DNA of 42,227 nucleotides from Candidatus Hodarchaeota archaeon (GTDB lineage Archaea > Asgardarchaeota > Heimdallarchaeia > Hodarchaeales > Hodarchaeaceae): contig JAEOTM010000173.1 of assembly GCA_016839815.1 (NCBI GenBank), positions 1-42,227 on the forward strand. Direction: 5' to 3'. The notes beneath the pieces are model-generated. The model saw only the letters and a list, made by a program, of their open reading frames with translations. It did no database searches and had not been told where the DNA came from. The translations under genes and the position numbers were made by a program. Shown here piece after piece: positions 19,838 through 28,544 of the stretch (position 1 is its first letter; each line of letters begins with the position of its first letter).

Positions 19838-20656
19838 TCAATTTCCCAATGCAAAACAACGCATCGAAATACTCCCTGCTTGAATACTCTCATGAAAATG
19901 TGTAATTGGGTCATCAGGTAACTTTGTTCCAAGGATAAAGTATAGAGGGTCATAATGTTCGGTCGTTGGGGCAACCATTTTAAAATTACTAATCATTTTA
20001 TGGGAATCCAATAAGTCTTTTATCTGAAATTTGTTAAGTTTCCCCTTAATCCAATTATCAGCCATCCGAGCCCACTCTTCCACTGGAGCGTCTGAAAAGT
20101 TAGTGTAATTGATTGAACCTACACGAACTTGGTGTGCTACATGACCAAGGTTATGTATCAAATTACCACTTCCCATGAGAAGTATCCCCTCCTTTCTATA
20201 ATGTCCAAGAGCTTTACCCATCTTAAATAACTCCTGAGGGGTTCTAGGAATGGGAATAGATAATTGAAGTACAGGAAAACTTGCTTCAGGAAACATGATA
20301 GATAAAGGGATCCAAGATCCATGATCTAAACCGCGATCAGGATTAAGATACGTTTCAAAACCTTTTCTCTCAAGTGTTTTCGCGATATGCTTTGCTAGGT
20401 CTGGATTTCCGGAAACACTGTACTTTAATCTATATAATTCGTCAGGAAAACCGTAGAAATCATAGATTAATTCAGGTTTAGGAGCAGATATTATCTGAAG
20501 TGGCTTACTTTGCTCCCAATGAGCTGAAACTACTAGAATAGAGTTTACATTCTTTAATGATTGTGCGAAATTGATTAAATCTGTTTGAAATGAACCTGTT
20601 TCGATTGCTGTCATTGGACTACCATGACCAATAAAGATGGAGGGAGAAATTTCCAT
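19838..20656 (-). CDS. ygiD: Class III extradiol ring-cleavage dioxygenase (LigB / 4,5-DOPA dioxygenase, YgiD-like)
   Basis: PSIFIGHGSPM, VSAHW, IYDFYGFP, RGLDHG, GSGNLIHNL, PTTEHYDPL; start at ATG 20656 fits the family better than 20803. Confidence 0.9.
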   Translation of the reverse strand: MEISPSIFIGHGSPMTAIETGSFQTDLINFAQSLKNVNSILVVSAHWEQSKPLQIISAPKPELIYDFYGFPDELYRLKYSVSGNPDLAKHIAKTLERKGFETYLNPDRGLDHGSWIPLSIMFPEASFPVLQLSIPIPRTPQELFKMGKALGHYRKEGILLMGSGNLIHNLGHVAHQVRVGSINYTNFSDAPVEEWARMADNWIKGKLNKFQIKDLLDSHKMISNFKMVAPTTEHYDPLYFILGTKLPDDPITHFHESIQAGSISMRCFALGN

Positions 20657-20776
20657 AAAAGATACTTTTCTCGCCAATTGAAAAGGAGTTTTTTCCGAAA
20701 TTAGGTCCTTAAACCTAATTCTAAGAAAAGGTAAGAAAGATTTAAAATCCCTAAAAACCTGAAAAATTAATAATTT

Positions 20777-21289
20777 TTGATTATTTTCGTAAGAGAGAGT
20801 CAATTATTCCCTTATTTGAGAGCATATCTTATGTTCAAACGGAGTTCAAAGCCTGAAGGACGCGCTGGTTTACCTGCATGGTTTGTTTCTCGATCTGTGG
20901 ATAATGTTATATTATACTCTCGAATATATTCAGCGATCGAAAGCGTTCATTCAACAGAAAAAGCAACAGCTGTCAATGATATCTTTAAAACTGTTTTACA
21001 CCTACTTAAAAGTAATTTCTCATGGATGTCTTCAACACAAGTGGAATATCTTGCTATGAATGCTTATGATATCAGTTTATTGCGAGGAAAATACATCACA
21101 TTAGTGTTTATTATTAGAAGAGGTGGTTCGATGAAGGATATATACAAAGTACAGGAGAAAGTGCTCAAAATTATCGAAACAGATGCCGAGGGTCGTCTTT
21201 CCTCGCAAATTGATGAACCTGAACTTTTACGAGATGTTTGGCTGAGTAGTGAGGAAAAGATTCGACCTTACATCCATCATTCCTTTTGA
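20777..21289 (+). CDS. Hypothetical protein, probable stand-alone longin-like domain
   Basis: Pattern strand (RAYLMF), GLPAWF, helix (LYSRIYSAIESV), three short strands (VEYLAM, YDISLL, YITLVFII), helix (IYKVQEKVLKIIE); start uncertain. Confidence 0.55.
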   Translation: MIIFVRESQLFPYLRAYLMFKRSSKPEGRAGLPAWFVSRSVDNVILYSRIYSAIESVHSTEKATAVNDIFKTVLHLLKSNFSWMSSTQVEYLAMNAYDISLLRGKYITLVFIIRRGGSMKDIYKVQEKVLKIIETDAEGRLSSQIDEPELLRDVWLSSEEKIRPYIHHSF

Positions 21290-21343
21290 AAAATTTTCCA
21301 TTGTCTAAAAGCTTTTTAACTCCTTGACTCAATCTTGTATGCT

Positions 21344-21817
21344 ATGTTACCTGATGAAATTATACCAATGGTTCTTAGGGGATTGAAGGGTAAAAATACA
21401 CATCTTCCTCCAGAAAAAGCATTAGAGGGATTAACACCTGAAATTGCAAGAACGAAACCTCCAAATAATTACCATTCTTGTTGGGAGTTACTTCACCATA
21501 CTGTTGTGTGGCAAGAAGCGATTCTTGAAGCTATAATGGGGAAAGAAGTCGATTGGAAAGTAATAAGCGATGCAAATAACTGGCCTGGAGAGGAATATTT
21601 GGCCGATGATTCAAATTTTATTAACTTGGTGGAAAAGTTGACTCAAGGGTTTGCAAAGGCTCAAGAATTAGCTAAAACAGTTGATCTGACAAAACCCATG
21701 CCTGCTTGGGGTGATGCCCCCGTACTTCAAGCTTTCTTTGTATTACTCCAGCATAATTCATATCACCTAGGACAAATCGTAGCAGTTAGGAAAATGCTGG
21801 GAAATTGGTCCCCATAG
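21344..21817 (+). CDS. DinB/YfiT-family four-helix bundle protein
   Basis: HSCWELLHH and QHNSYHLGQI metal-binding His motifs. Confidence 0.85.
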   Translation: MLPDEIIPMVLRGLKGKNTHLPPEKALEGLTPEIARTKPPNNYHSCWELLHHTVVWQEAILEAIMGKEVDWKVISDANNWPGEEYLADDSNFINLVEKLTQGFAKAQELAKTVDLTKPMPAWGDAPVLQAFFVLLQHNSYHLGQIVAVRKMLGNWSP

Positions 21818-21830
21818 GTTGGCTAAAAAT

Positions 21831-22646
21831 ATGGTTAAGGGTATTGGCAAAGAATTCATGAAAAAAACGAAATACCAGAATATGGAAGCTTCAGATCAAA
21901 ATAAGGGAATTCCTCAACCTCCATTGGAAGTTACGTATGACATTAAGTATCCTCTTATAGATCTAGTTGAACCTAGTCAAATAGATATCCCTCAAATGTC
22001 TTTACGTGAGTGTATCGAAGCAAGAAAGAGTATTCGAACCTATAGTGATGAATCTCTCAGTCTAAATGAATTGTCTTGGCTCCTCTGGTCAACTCAAGGT
22101 GTACGGAGTAGGGAGCTAGAAAAAATTCGTTCTGATTTTTCTGATGAATTGGAAATTGAGGAGATTAAAAAAATCCTAAAAGCAGTTACTTTACGTAATG
22201 TTCCCTCAGCTGGAGCTCGTCACGCGTTTGAAACCTACTTATTGATCAATCGGATTGAAGGAATGGAACCTGGACTATATCGATATATTGCAACAAGACA
22301 CAAACTTATAGAAACTTCCAAAGATCCAAATCTACCTGTAAAAATGAGAGAAGCGGCGCTCGATCAATCAATGGTTGCAAAGAGTGCAGTCACATTTATA
22401 TGGGTAGTAGATACCTATCGTATGACTTGGAGATATGGTGAGAGAGGATACCGGTATTTACATCTAGATGCAGGTCACGTGTGTCAAAATCTTTATCTTT
22501 CAGCAGAAAATATCGGTTGTGGGATGTGTGCAATTGCAGCCTATCATGATGACAAAATCAATGAATTGTTAGGATTAGATACGGAGAAGCAATTTGTTAT
22601 TTATTTGGCTACAGTTGGCAAGAAACGGGAAAAAGTCCGTACGTAA
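21831..22646 (+). CDS. SagB/ThcOx-family nitroreductase-fold flavoprotein
   Basis: RKSIRTYS, LSWLLWSTQG, RNVPSAGARH, YGERGYRYLHLDAGHVCQNLYL. Confidence 0.9.
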   Translation: MVKGIGKEFMKKTKYQNMEASDQNKGIPQPPLEVTYDIKYPLIDLVEPSQIDIPQMSLRECIEARKSIRTYSDESLSLNELSWLLWSTQGVRSRELEKIRSDFSDELEIEEIKKILKAVTLRNVPSAGARHAFETYLLINRIEGMEPGLYRYIATRHKLIETSKDPNLPVKMREAALDQSMVAKSAVTFIWVVDTYRMTWRYGERGYRYLHLDAGHVCQNLYLSAENIGCGMCAIAAYHDDKINELLGLDTEKQFVIYLATVGKKREKVRT

Positions 22647-22844
22647 TCATAGAATTTACAGTAACCTTTTAAACACTTACAAAAATCGTTCCTTAGGACA
22701 TAAACCTAATTTTTAAAGTAGAAAAGGACGAACGGAACGATTTACAACCTTCTTTTTTTCGTGGATGAAAAAAATTGTGACCAGTAAGATATTTTTGCTT
22801 TTAAATAAGGATTAAGTTCAATTCGTACCCAATGAGTGTATAAA

Positions 22845-23411
22845 ATGTCATACGAAAGTACAGATCAATATGAAACGCATTCTGCGAAGATATCTGAGGT
22901 TAAACCTCTAGAAAAACACCTAGACGTAGTTTTTAAAGTCTATGAGAAAGAAGAAGAACGAGAGATCAACTCAAAGAGTGGTGATACACACCGCGTCTGT
23001 GATTTTGTTGTTGCAGATGAAACAGGATCTATAACCCTTACCGCTTGGAATGAGGATATCGATGCTCTTGAATTAGAAAAAGTTTACAAATTATCCAATG
23101 GATTTGCTAACGTTTTCCGAAACTCCCTTAGATTATCCAAAGGTAAATTCGGAACTCTCAGTGAAGATCCAACAGTATTTGATGAAGTCGACACCGAAAA
23201 CAATAGATCCTCTGAACATGTTGAAGATCCACGTCGTCGATCCTACGGTGGCGGTGGTGGTCGTGGTGGATACGGTGGTCGTGGTGGCGGTGGATATGGT
23301 GGAGATCGCGGTGGCCGTGGCGGCGGTGGATATGGTGGAGATCGCGGAGGCCGTGGCGGAGGTCGTGGCGGTGGTCGTGATCGTCGTAGCGGCGGCGGAA
23401 GTCGCTGGTAA
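22845..23411 (+). CDS. ssb: Single-OB-fold single-stranded DNA-binding protein (RPA/crenarchaeal SSB-like) with Gly/Arg-rich tail
   Basis: VADETGSITLTAWNE, YKLSNGFANVFRNSLRLSKGKFG OB-fold motifs; about 60-aa RGG tail. Confidence 0.88.
   Translation: MSYESTDQYETHSAKISEVKPLEKHLDVVFKVYEKEEEREINSKSGDTHRVCDFVVADETGSITLTAWNEDIDALELEKVYKLSNGFANVFRNSLRLSKGKFGTLSEDPTVFDEVDTENNRSSEHVEDPRRRSYGGGGGRGGYGGRGGGGYGGDRGGRGGGGYGGDRGGRGGGRGGGRDRRSGGGSRW
23240..23400 (+). repeat. GC-rich coding tandem repeat (36-nt unit, RGGGGYGGDRGG)
   Basis: cgtggtggcggtggatatggtggagatcgcggtggc followed by cgtggcggcggtggatatggtggagatcgcggaggc, with degenerate flanking copies. Confidence 0.85.
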
Positions 23412-23421
23412 GATTCTTCCA

Positions 23422-23475
23422 TCTCTTTTATTTTTTAAATCTATACCCCCCCATCTTTTTTCTTTCTTTTTTTTA
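23422..23475 (+). terminator. Oligo-U terminator after ssb
   Basis: Successive T tracts tctcttttatttttt...tcttttttctttctttttttt right after the stop. Confidence 0.6.
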
Positions 23476-23510
23476 TAATTGAATTTTTCTTGCATTGTTG
23501 TATTGAGACC

Positions 23511-23526
23511 GAGGAATTAATTCCTC
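23511..23526. promoter_or_regulatory. Perfect 16-bp palindrome, candidate operator upstream of the aldo/keto reductase
   Basis: GAGGAATTAATTCCTC, shortly upstream of TATA-like CTTATAAC (23538-23545). Confidence 0.4.
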
Positions 23527-23604
23527 CTGTCAAAGATCTTATAACACTCACTTGGAGATTTTCCTTAACTTCTTATCGTACTCAATCAGGGTTTGATGGT
23601 TATA

Positions 23605-24744
23605 ATGCATTATAGAAAACTTGGAAATACGGGAATAAACGTGTCGGCGCTAGGGTTTGGATGTATGAGACTTCCTACGCTAAAACCCGGGGAACCAAAA
23701 ATTGATCGTGAAAGAGCTATTAATTTAATTAGAGAAGGTATCGATTCTGGGATAAACTACATTGATACTGCTCATATGTATCATGGTAAAGAAAGTGAGA
23801 TTGTAGTTGGTCTCGCGCTCAAAGATGGGTATCGGGAGAAAGTAACTTTGGTCACAAAATGCCCTGTTTTTTATGACGATTTTAAAGAGACAAAACATTT
23901 TGATCACTATTTAGATGAGCAATTACAGAAACTCGATGTGGAATATCTGGATTTTTATCTTATGCATGGGTTAAATGCAAAAACGTTCAAACACAAAGTA
24001 CAAGATCTTAATCTTGTTGATGCAGCAAAAGCTGCTAAGAAATCAGGGAAGATAAAGCATCTCGGTTTTTCTTTTCATGATAAACCTGAGGTACTAAAAG
24101 AAATAATAGATACAGGTCATTTTGATCTAATGCTTGTCCAATATAATATTTTAGATCCAGTAAATGAAGAAATGATCGCGTATGCAGCAGAAAAAGGTCT
24201 GGGAGTAGCTATCATGGGATCTGTTGGAGGAGGACGTCTTGCTGGAATCCCCCCTGAATCCATGCATCAATGGCTATCTGAAGGAAGAACAAATTTTGCA
24301 GATCTCGCTCTGAAATTCGTCCACAATAATCCTAATGTTTCAGTAGCTCTATCTGGAATGGGAACGGAAGAAATGCTCCGAGATAACTTAGATCTTGCCT
24401 CTAGAGCAGATTATAATCAATATACTGGCACAGAAAAAGCTCGAATTGACAATATTGCATCAAAGTTCAAAGAATTATGTGACTTAGTGTGTACAGGATG
24501 TGGATATTGCATGCCCTGCCCAAATGAGGTTAATATTAAACTAATCTTTGAATACATGATTCGTTATCAGATCTATGGACAAGAAGATGCAAAAGCGTTT
24601 TACTCAAATATCGGTAAAGTAAGTTGGGCTCCCGGAAAGAATGCAGAGGCTTGTATAGAATGTGAGGAGTGTCTGGAAAAATGTCCCCAAAAAATCCCGA
24701 TCATCGATCAACTTAAAGAAGCTCATAAGTTGTTAGCCCATTAG
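23605..24744 (+). CDS. Aldo/keto reductase with C-terminal 4Fe-4S ferredoxin-like domain
   Basis: SALGFGCMRLP, NYIDTAHMY, GKIKHLGFSFH; CTGCGYCMPC and CIECEECLEKCP. Confidence 0.92.
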   Translation: MHYRKLGNTGINVSALGFGCMRLPTLKPGEPKIDRERAINLIREGIDSGINYIDTAHMYHGKESEIVVGLALKDGYREKVTLVTKCPVFYDDFKETKHFDHYLDEQLQKLDVEYLDFYLMHGLNAKTFKHKVQDLNLVDAAKAAKKSGKIKHLGFSFHDKPEVLKEIIDTGHFDLMLVQYNILDPVNEEMIAYAAEKGLGVAIMGSVGGGRLAGIPPESMHQWLSEGRTNFADLALKFVHNNPNVSVALSGMGTEEMLRDNLDLASRADYNQYTGTEKARIDNIASKFKELCDLVCTGCGYCMPCPNEVNIKLIFEYMIRYQIYGQEDAKAFYSNIGKVSWAPGKNAEACIECEECLEKCPQKIPIIDQLKEAHKLLAH

Positions 24745-24761
24745 AATTAGGAGACCCTAGT

Positions 24762-25505
24762 TTGAAAAAAGGAGAGGTAATCGAGAACCTACAGTTCCAC
24801 GATGGAAGAAAAGAGCCCATTTCACATGATCGATTAGTCCAATTTGATTTAAGCTCTGTTGTTGATAGATTTTATCAGAAACAGACCATAGATGCCTCTG
24901 CAGTAATTTCTGATCTTGGGCCTATTCATATCGATTATACTAACATCCAAGATTGGGCCGAAGATATTCCTGATATTGATAAGCGTAGTGCAAGGATATT
25001 TATTTTATGGGCTGATAATCCAGCGACAAAAGAAGTCGTTTTGCTGTTGCGTGGCTTCTTTATTCTTGTTCCATTTGAATTTGGCATGGAGCAACTAAAA
25101 GAATATCACACTCGCCACGATACTGCTTGTCAACCCATGGCGATCATATCCTCATTTAGAACGGTTTTAGATGACGTTGAAATCCTCGTTAAGCTTCTAG
25201 AACGTGTTGAAAACGAAATTAACAGATATTGGCAAGAAATGAGAATGCGATTAATAGAAACACTCGAGAAAAACTACCTATGGGAGCGTTATGTCTATTC
25301 GCTAGAAACTGTCTCCTACATCTCTTATCTCTGTCCCTCAATGGATCGAGAGTTATTGGCTGCTCTCAAGCAGAAAAATTATTATTCAACTGGCGTATTA
25401 CAAGTGATGGCTTCTCCTACTTCATCTTATGATCAGGTATCCATGCAATCCCACTTGAATAAAGCAAAGGGAATTATCAAGTCTTATCAAAACAAACCAG
25501 TCTAA
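24762..25505 (+). CDS. Hypothetical soluble protein
   Basis: 247-aa ORF 17 nt downstream of the reductase, GGAG upstream of a TTG start; no recognised motif. Confidence 0.65.
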   Translation: MKKGEVIENLQFHDGRKEPISHDRLVQFDLSSVVDRFYQKQTIDASAVISDLGPIHIDYTNIQDWAEDIPDIDKRSARIFILWADNPATKEVVLLLRGFFILVPFEFGMEQLKEYHTRHDTACQPMAIISSFRTVLDDVEILVKLLERVENEINRYWQEMRMRLIETLEKNYLWERYVYSLETVSYISYLCPSMDRELLAALKQKNYYSTGVLQVMASPTSSYDQVSMQSHLNKAKGIIKSYQNKPV

Positions 25506-25527
25506 TAAAGTGTCATTCTAGATATAT

Positions 25528-26331
25528 TCATGCTCCTGCAATAAAGTTATCTAAAAACATCATAATCATGAATCCTAAGATAACTCCAAAAGTCGCTGCT
25601 CGTTCGTGTCCCTTTCTATGACTTTCTGGAATAATTTCATCGGAAACCACGAAGATCATCGCTCCTGCAGCAAATGCCATCCCGAAACCTAACATTACTA
25701 GTGCTATACTAACTGCAGCAACTCCAATTAAACCTCCGATAGGTTCAACTAATCCCGTTACAGTGGTAATTGTTAGAGTATCCTTTTTACTGTATCCTTC
25801 ACGAAGAAGAGGTAATGCAACGGCGGTTCCCTCGGGAATATTCTGTAACCCAATTGCTAAAGCAATGATTATACCTGTTGAAATATCACCTGAAGCTGAG
25901 TGAGCAGCTGACCCAAAAGCAACCCCAACGGCTAAACCTTCGGGAAAATTATGAATAGTAATCGCAATGATAAATAACCAAGTAGCAGCAAGGCGTTTAG
26001 AAATTGAACTTGAACCTTCTGGTCCCGATATAAAGTGCTGATGAGGAGCCCATCTATCGATCAGATGAATTATGAGGGCACCACTACCAAAACCTAGCAT
26101 CACAATTATTACAGGTTCTAATCCCCAATCTGTGATAATAGGTTCCATTTCCAACGCAGGTACAAGTAGACTAAACGCTGATGCAGCAAGCATGACTCCT
26201 GCAGCAAACCCTAACATAATATCCAGACTCCGTTCAGAAAAATCTCGTCCAAGTAGAACAGGGATTGCCCCAATAGAGGTAGATAGTCCTGCAAGAAGCG
26301 AAGCAAATATGCCTAAGATTATAATTTCCAT
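25528..26331 (-). CDS. zupT: ZIP-family divalent metal transporter (ZupT/GufA)
   Basis: GFAAGVMLAAS, ITIHNFPEGLAVG, IGLQNIPEG, AAGAMIFVVSDEIIPESH. Confidence 0.92.
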   Translation of the reverse strand: MEIIILGIFASLLAGLSTSIGAIPVLLGRDFSERSLDIMLGFAAGVMLAASAFSLLVPALEMEPIITDWGLEPVIIVMLGFGSGALIIHLIDRWAPHQHFISGPEGSSSISKRLAATWLFIIAITIHNFPEGLAVGVAFGSAAHSASGDISTGIIIALAIGLQNIPEGTAVALPLLREGYSKKDTLTITTVTGLVEPIGGLIGVAAVSIALVMLGFGMAFAAGAMIFVVSDEIIPESHRKGHERAATFGVILGFMIMMFLDNFIAGA

Positions 26332-26538
26332 ATCTTTGTCTCCATTTTTGATTTTTCAGAAAAAACTTGGGTTATCACTTGTTAATTAGCAAGAATAATA
26401 TTGGTTTTCTTACGTTAATAGTAAGTTTTATCCTGCTCGTACTTTCTTTGATGACAATTAAACGTATAGTCTAGAATGGAAATGCTTTTGAAAGTGGATG
26501 TAAAAATAAGAAGTGTCAGTTACACTGGAGTCACCTTA

Positions 26539-27603
26539 ATGCGTATCCGAGAAAATTGGGCATTGTTTGTAGAAGGCACAGAGGTTAAATGGACTTTTGG
26601 AGAACCGAGTTCCGAGTTTCTAGAAATTGTTTCGAATTTTCTGATGGGCTTGGGGAACTTAGGGAAAGAATTATTCGGTGAAGGAATTGCAAGCATTCAA
26701 TTTGATATCCCTCAACATGTGGGGATTAAATCGTCTGAAATATTCATCGTATCACTAGAAGATCAATTCTTCTTAATTATTAGTGATCCAGCAGTTACTC
26801 TTCTACTAATTAATGCAGAAGGCGGGATACCGGATGAGATCAAGGTAATTATGAAAGCGGTACTTGTTGGTCAGGCTTCAATCCTTTACGCAAATGCGGT
26901 TTCGGGTGAAATCGATGATGAAACAAAAGAAAGCATCGATACACATTTCCAAAATATTCTCTTGGATATTAATGAGAAATATCTGCAAGGTGACCTTATC
27001 AATACAATCGTTGGACAATTTGGTAGTAATTTTAGCATCCTTACCTTTGAAGAGTGTCTCATGCTTCACTATTATTTGAGAAAGCATGCTGAGAAAACAC
27101 AAGTAGCAAAGCCTGCAGGTTGGGCAATGATTGCCAATCTGGAAGGTTGGGAAGTACCTTTAGCCTACAACTTAACAAAAGAGGGAATATGGGCTGGATT
27201 TTTTAGTGCAATTATTGGGTTTATTCATTCCTTATTTGAATCGAAACCTCGATCGATTACATTTGGATCCACAGCAATTCATAAGCTCAGATTTGTCTAT
27301 GGTAAGAAATATTACTTCATGGCTATTGATACAAGTTTTGTTTCAGATTTACTCCTGCAAAAACGATTTCAAAATGAGTTATTCAACACAAGTTATGCTA
27401 TCTTGAAAGATATGTCGATAGGAATTAAATCACTTATTATCGAAGAAATTTTAGCTTATAATGAAAGTAAGTTGAGTGAGCTCTCAGTAGAAACACTCCT
27501 TGACACATATATTGGCGAAGATGAATCACTTGAATTAAGTCAAGATGAGCGAGTGATTCGCATTTGGGGGAAGCTTCTTCTTAGTTTCCAAAAACCAGAG
27601 TAA
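26539..27603 (+). CDS. Hypothetical protein with two putative longin-like domains
   Basis: IVSNFLMGLGNLGKELFGEGIASIQF and IWAGFFSAIIGFIHSLFESKPRSITF helices, each flanked by short strands; GGAG before ATG 26539 (ORF track starts 26476). Confidence 0.6.
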   Translation: MRIRENWALFVEGTEVKWTFGEPSSEFLEIVSNFLMGLGNLGKELFGEGIASIQFDIPQHVGIKSSEIFIVSLEDQFFLIISDPAVTLLLINAEGGIPDEIKVIMKAVLVGQASILYANAVSGEIDDETKESIDTHFQNILLDINEKYLQGDLINTIVGQFGSNFSILTFEECLMLHYYLRKHAEKTQVAKPAGWAMIANLEGWEVPLAYNLTKEGIWAGFFSAIIGFIHSLFESKPRSITFGSTAIHKLRFVYGKKYYFMAIDTSFVSDLLLQKRFQNELFNTSYAILKDMSIGIKSLIIEEILAYNESKLSELSVETLLDTYIGEDESLELSQDERVIRIWGKLLLSFQKPE

Positions 27604-27727
27604 GTTTCTTACTTCTAAATCTTCAGCGATCCTTTAACGTCACTCACTATCAGCTTAGGCTAGAAACATACTTAATCTTAACAGTATGGCCTATGCAGTA
27701 ATGACTATCTTCAGGATGGTTTAAGCA

Positions 27728-28525
27728 ATGACTGTACTGGATCTTTTCAAACTAACTGATAAAAAAGCACTAGTTACTGGAGGGGCGAAGGGGATCGGAC
27801 GAAAAATCAATGAAGGATTATTAGAAGCAGGAGTTGAAACTCTCATATTTTGTGGACGTGGAAGACATGGTTCACTAGAGGACGAAGAAAAACGGCTGAA
27901 AGAGCAGTGGCCTTCCCGTGATATTAGAGGTATCAAATGTGATATCAACCAGGAGTCTGAAATCCACTCACTAATAGAACAGATTAAAGATATTCAGAGT
28001 CTAGAGATTTTAGTAAATAATGCAGGTGTTACATGGGCAGTTCCTACTTTGGATCAAACAATGAAGTCATGGAAAAGAGCAATTGATACAAACTTAACTG
28101 GTACATTCTTTATGTGTAAAAATATTATTCAAGAGTTAATGCTTTCTAATGAAAATGGTGGAAGTATCATAAATATTGCTTCAATACTAGCTCTCAAGGG
28201 ATTTGCCGAAACCCCCCAAATTGGTTACTCCGCGAGTAAAAGTGCACTCCTAGGATTAACAAGACAATTAGCTATTGAATTTGCTATTTATGGAATTCGT
28301 GCCAATGTTGTGTGTCCTGGCTTTATTGAGGGGGATTCGATGGCTGAAATCTTCACGAACGAAGGAAGTCCGATTAGAGAGACTCTCATTGATATGGTAC
28401 CTCTTCGCCGGTTCGCAAGTAGCAATGATATAAAAGGTATCGTAACGTTTCTTGCCTCAGACGCCTCCGCGTATATTACAGGCCAAACAATTCCTTTAGG
28501 TGGCGGAGTTACTGTAAGTTTGTGA
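27728..28525 (+). CDS. Short-chain dehydrogenase/reductase (classical SDR)
   Basis: TGGAKGIG, LVNNAG, IINIAS, catalytic YSASK, NVVCPG. Confidence 0.93.
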   Translation: MTVLDLFKLTDKKALVTGGAKGIGRKINEGLLEAGVETLIFCGRGRHGSLEDEEKRLKEQWPSRDIRGIKCDINQESEIHSLIEQIKDIQSLEILVNNAGVTWAVPTLDQTMKSWKRAIDTNLTGTFFMCKNIIQELMLSNENGGSIINIASILALKGFAETPQIGYSASKSALLGLTRQLAIEFAIYGIRANVVCPGFIEGDSMAEIFTNEGSPIRETLIDMVPLRRFASSNDIKGIVTFLASDASAYITGQTIPLGGGVTVSL

Positions 28526-28544
28526 TTTTTGGGAAAAAAGTAAG

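Noticed and set aside
20657-20803. 49-aa N-terminal extension of the dioxygenase in the ORF track
   Set aside because: Family motif begins at ATG 20656; the extension would overlap the divergent gene and its promoter
21831-22646. SagB-type gene as part of a RiPP (TOMM) cluster
   Set aside because: No YcaO, E1-like protein or precursor peptide nearby; stand-alone members are common in archaea
23098-23495. ORFs 23098-23478 (+, Val/Ala-rich) and 23133-23495 (-, Thr/Ala-rich)
   Set aside because: Alternative-frame and antisense readings of the GC-rich RGG repeat of ssb
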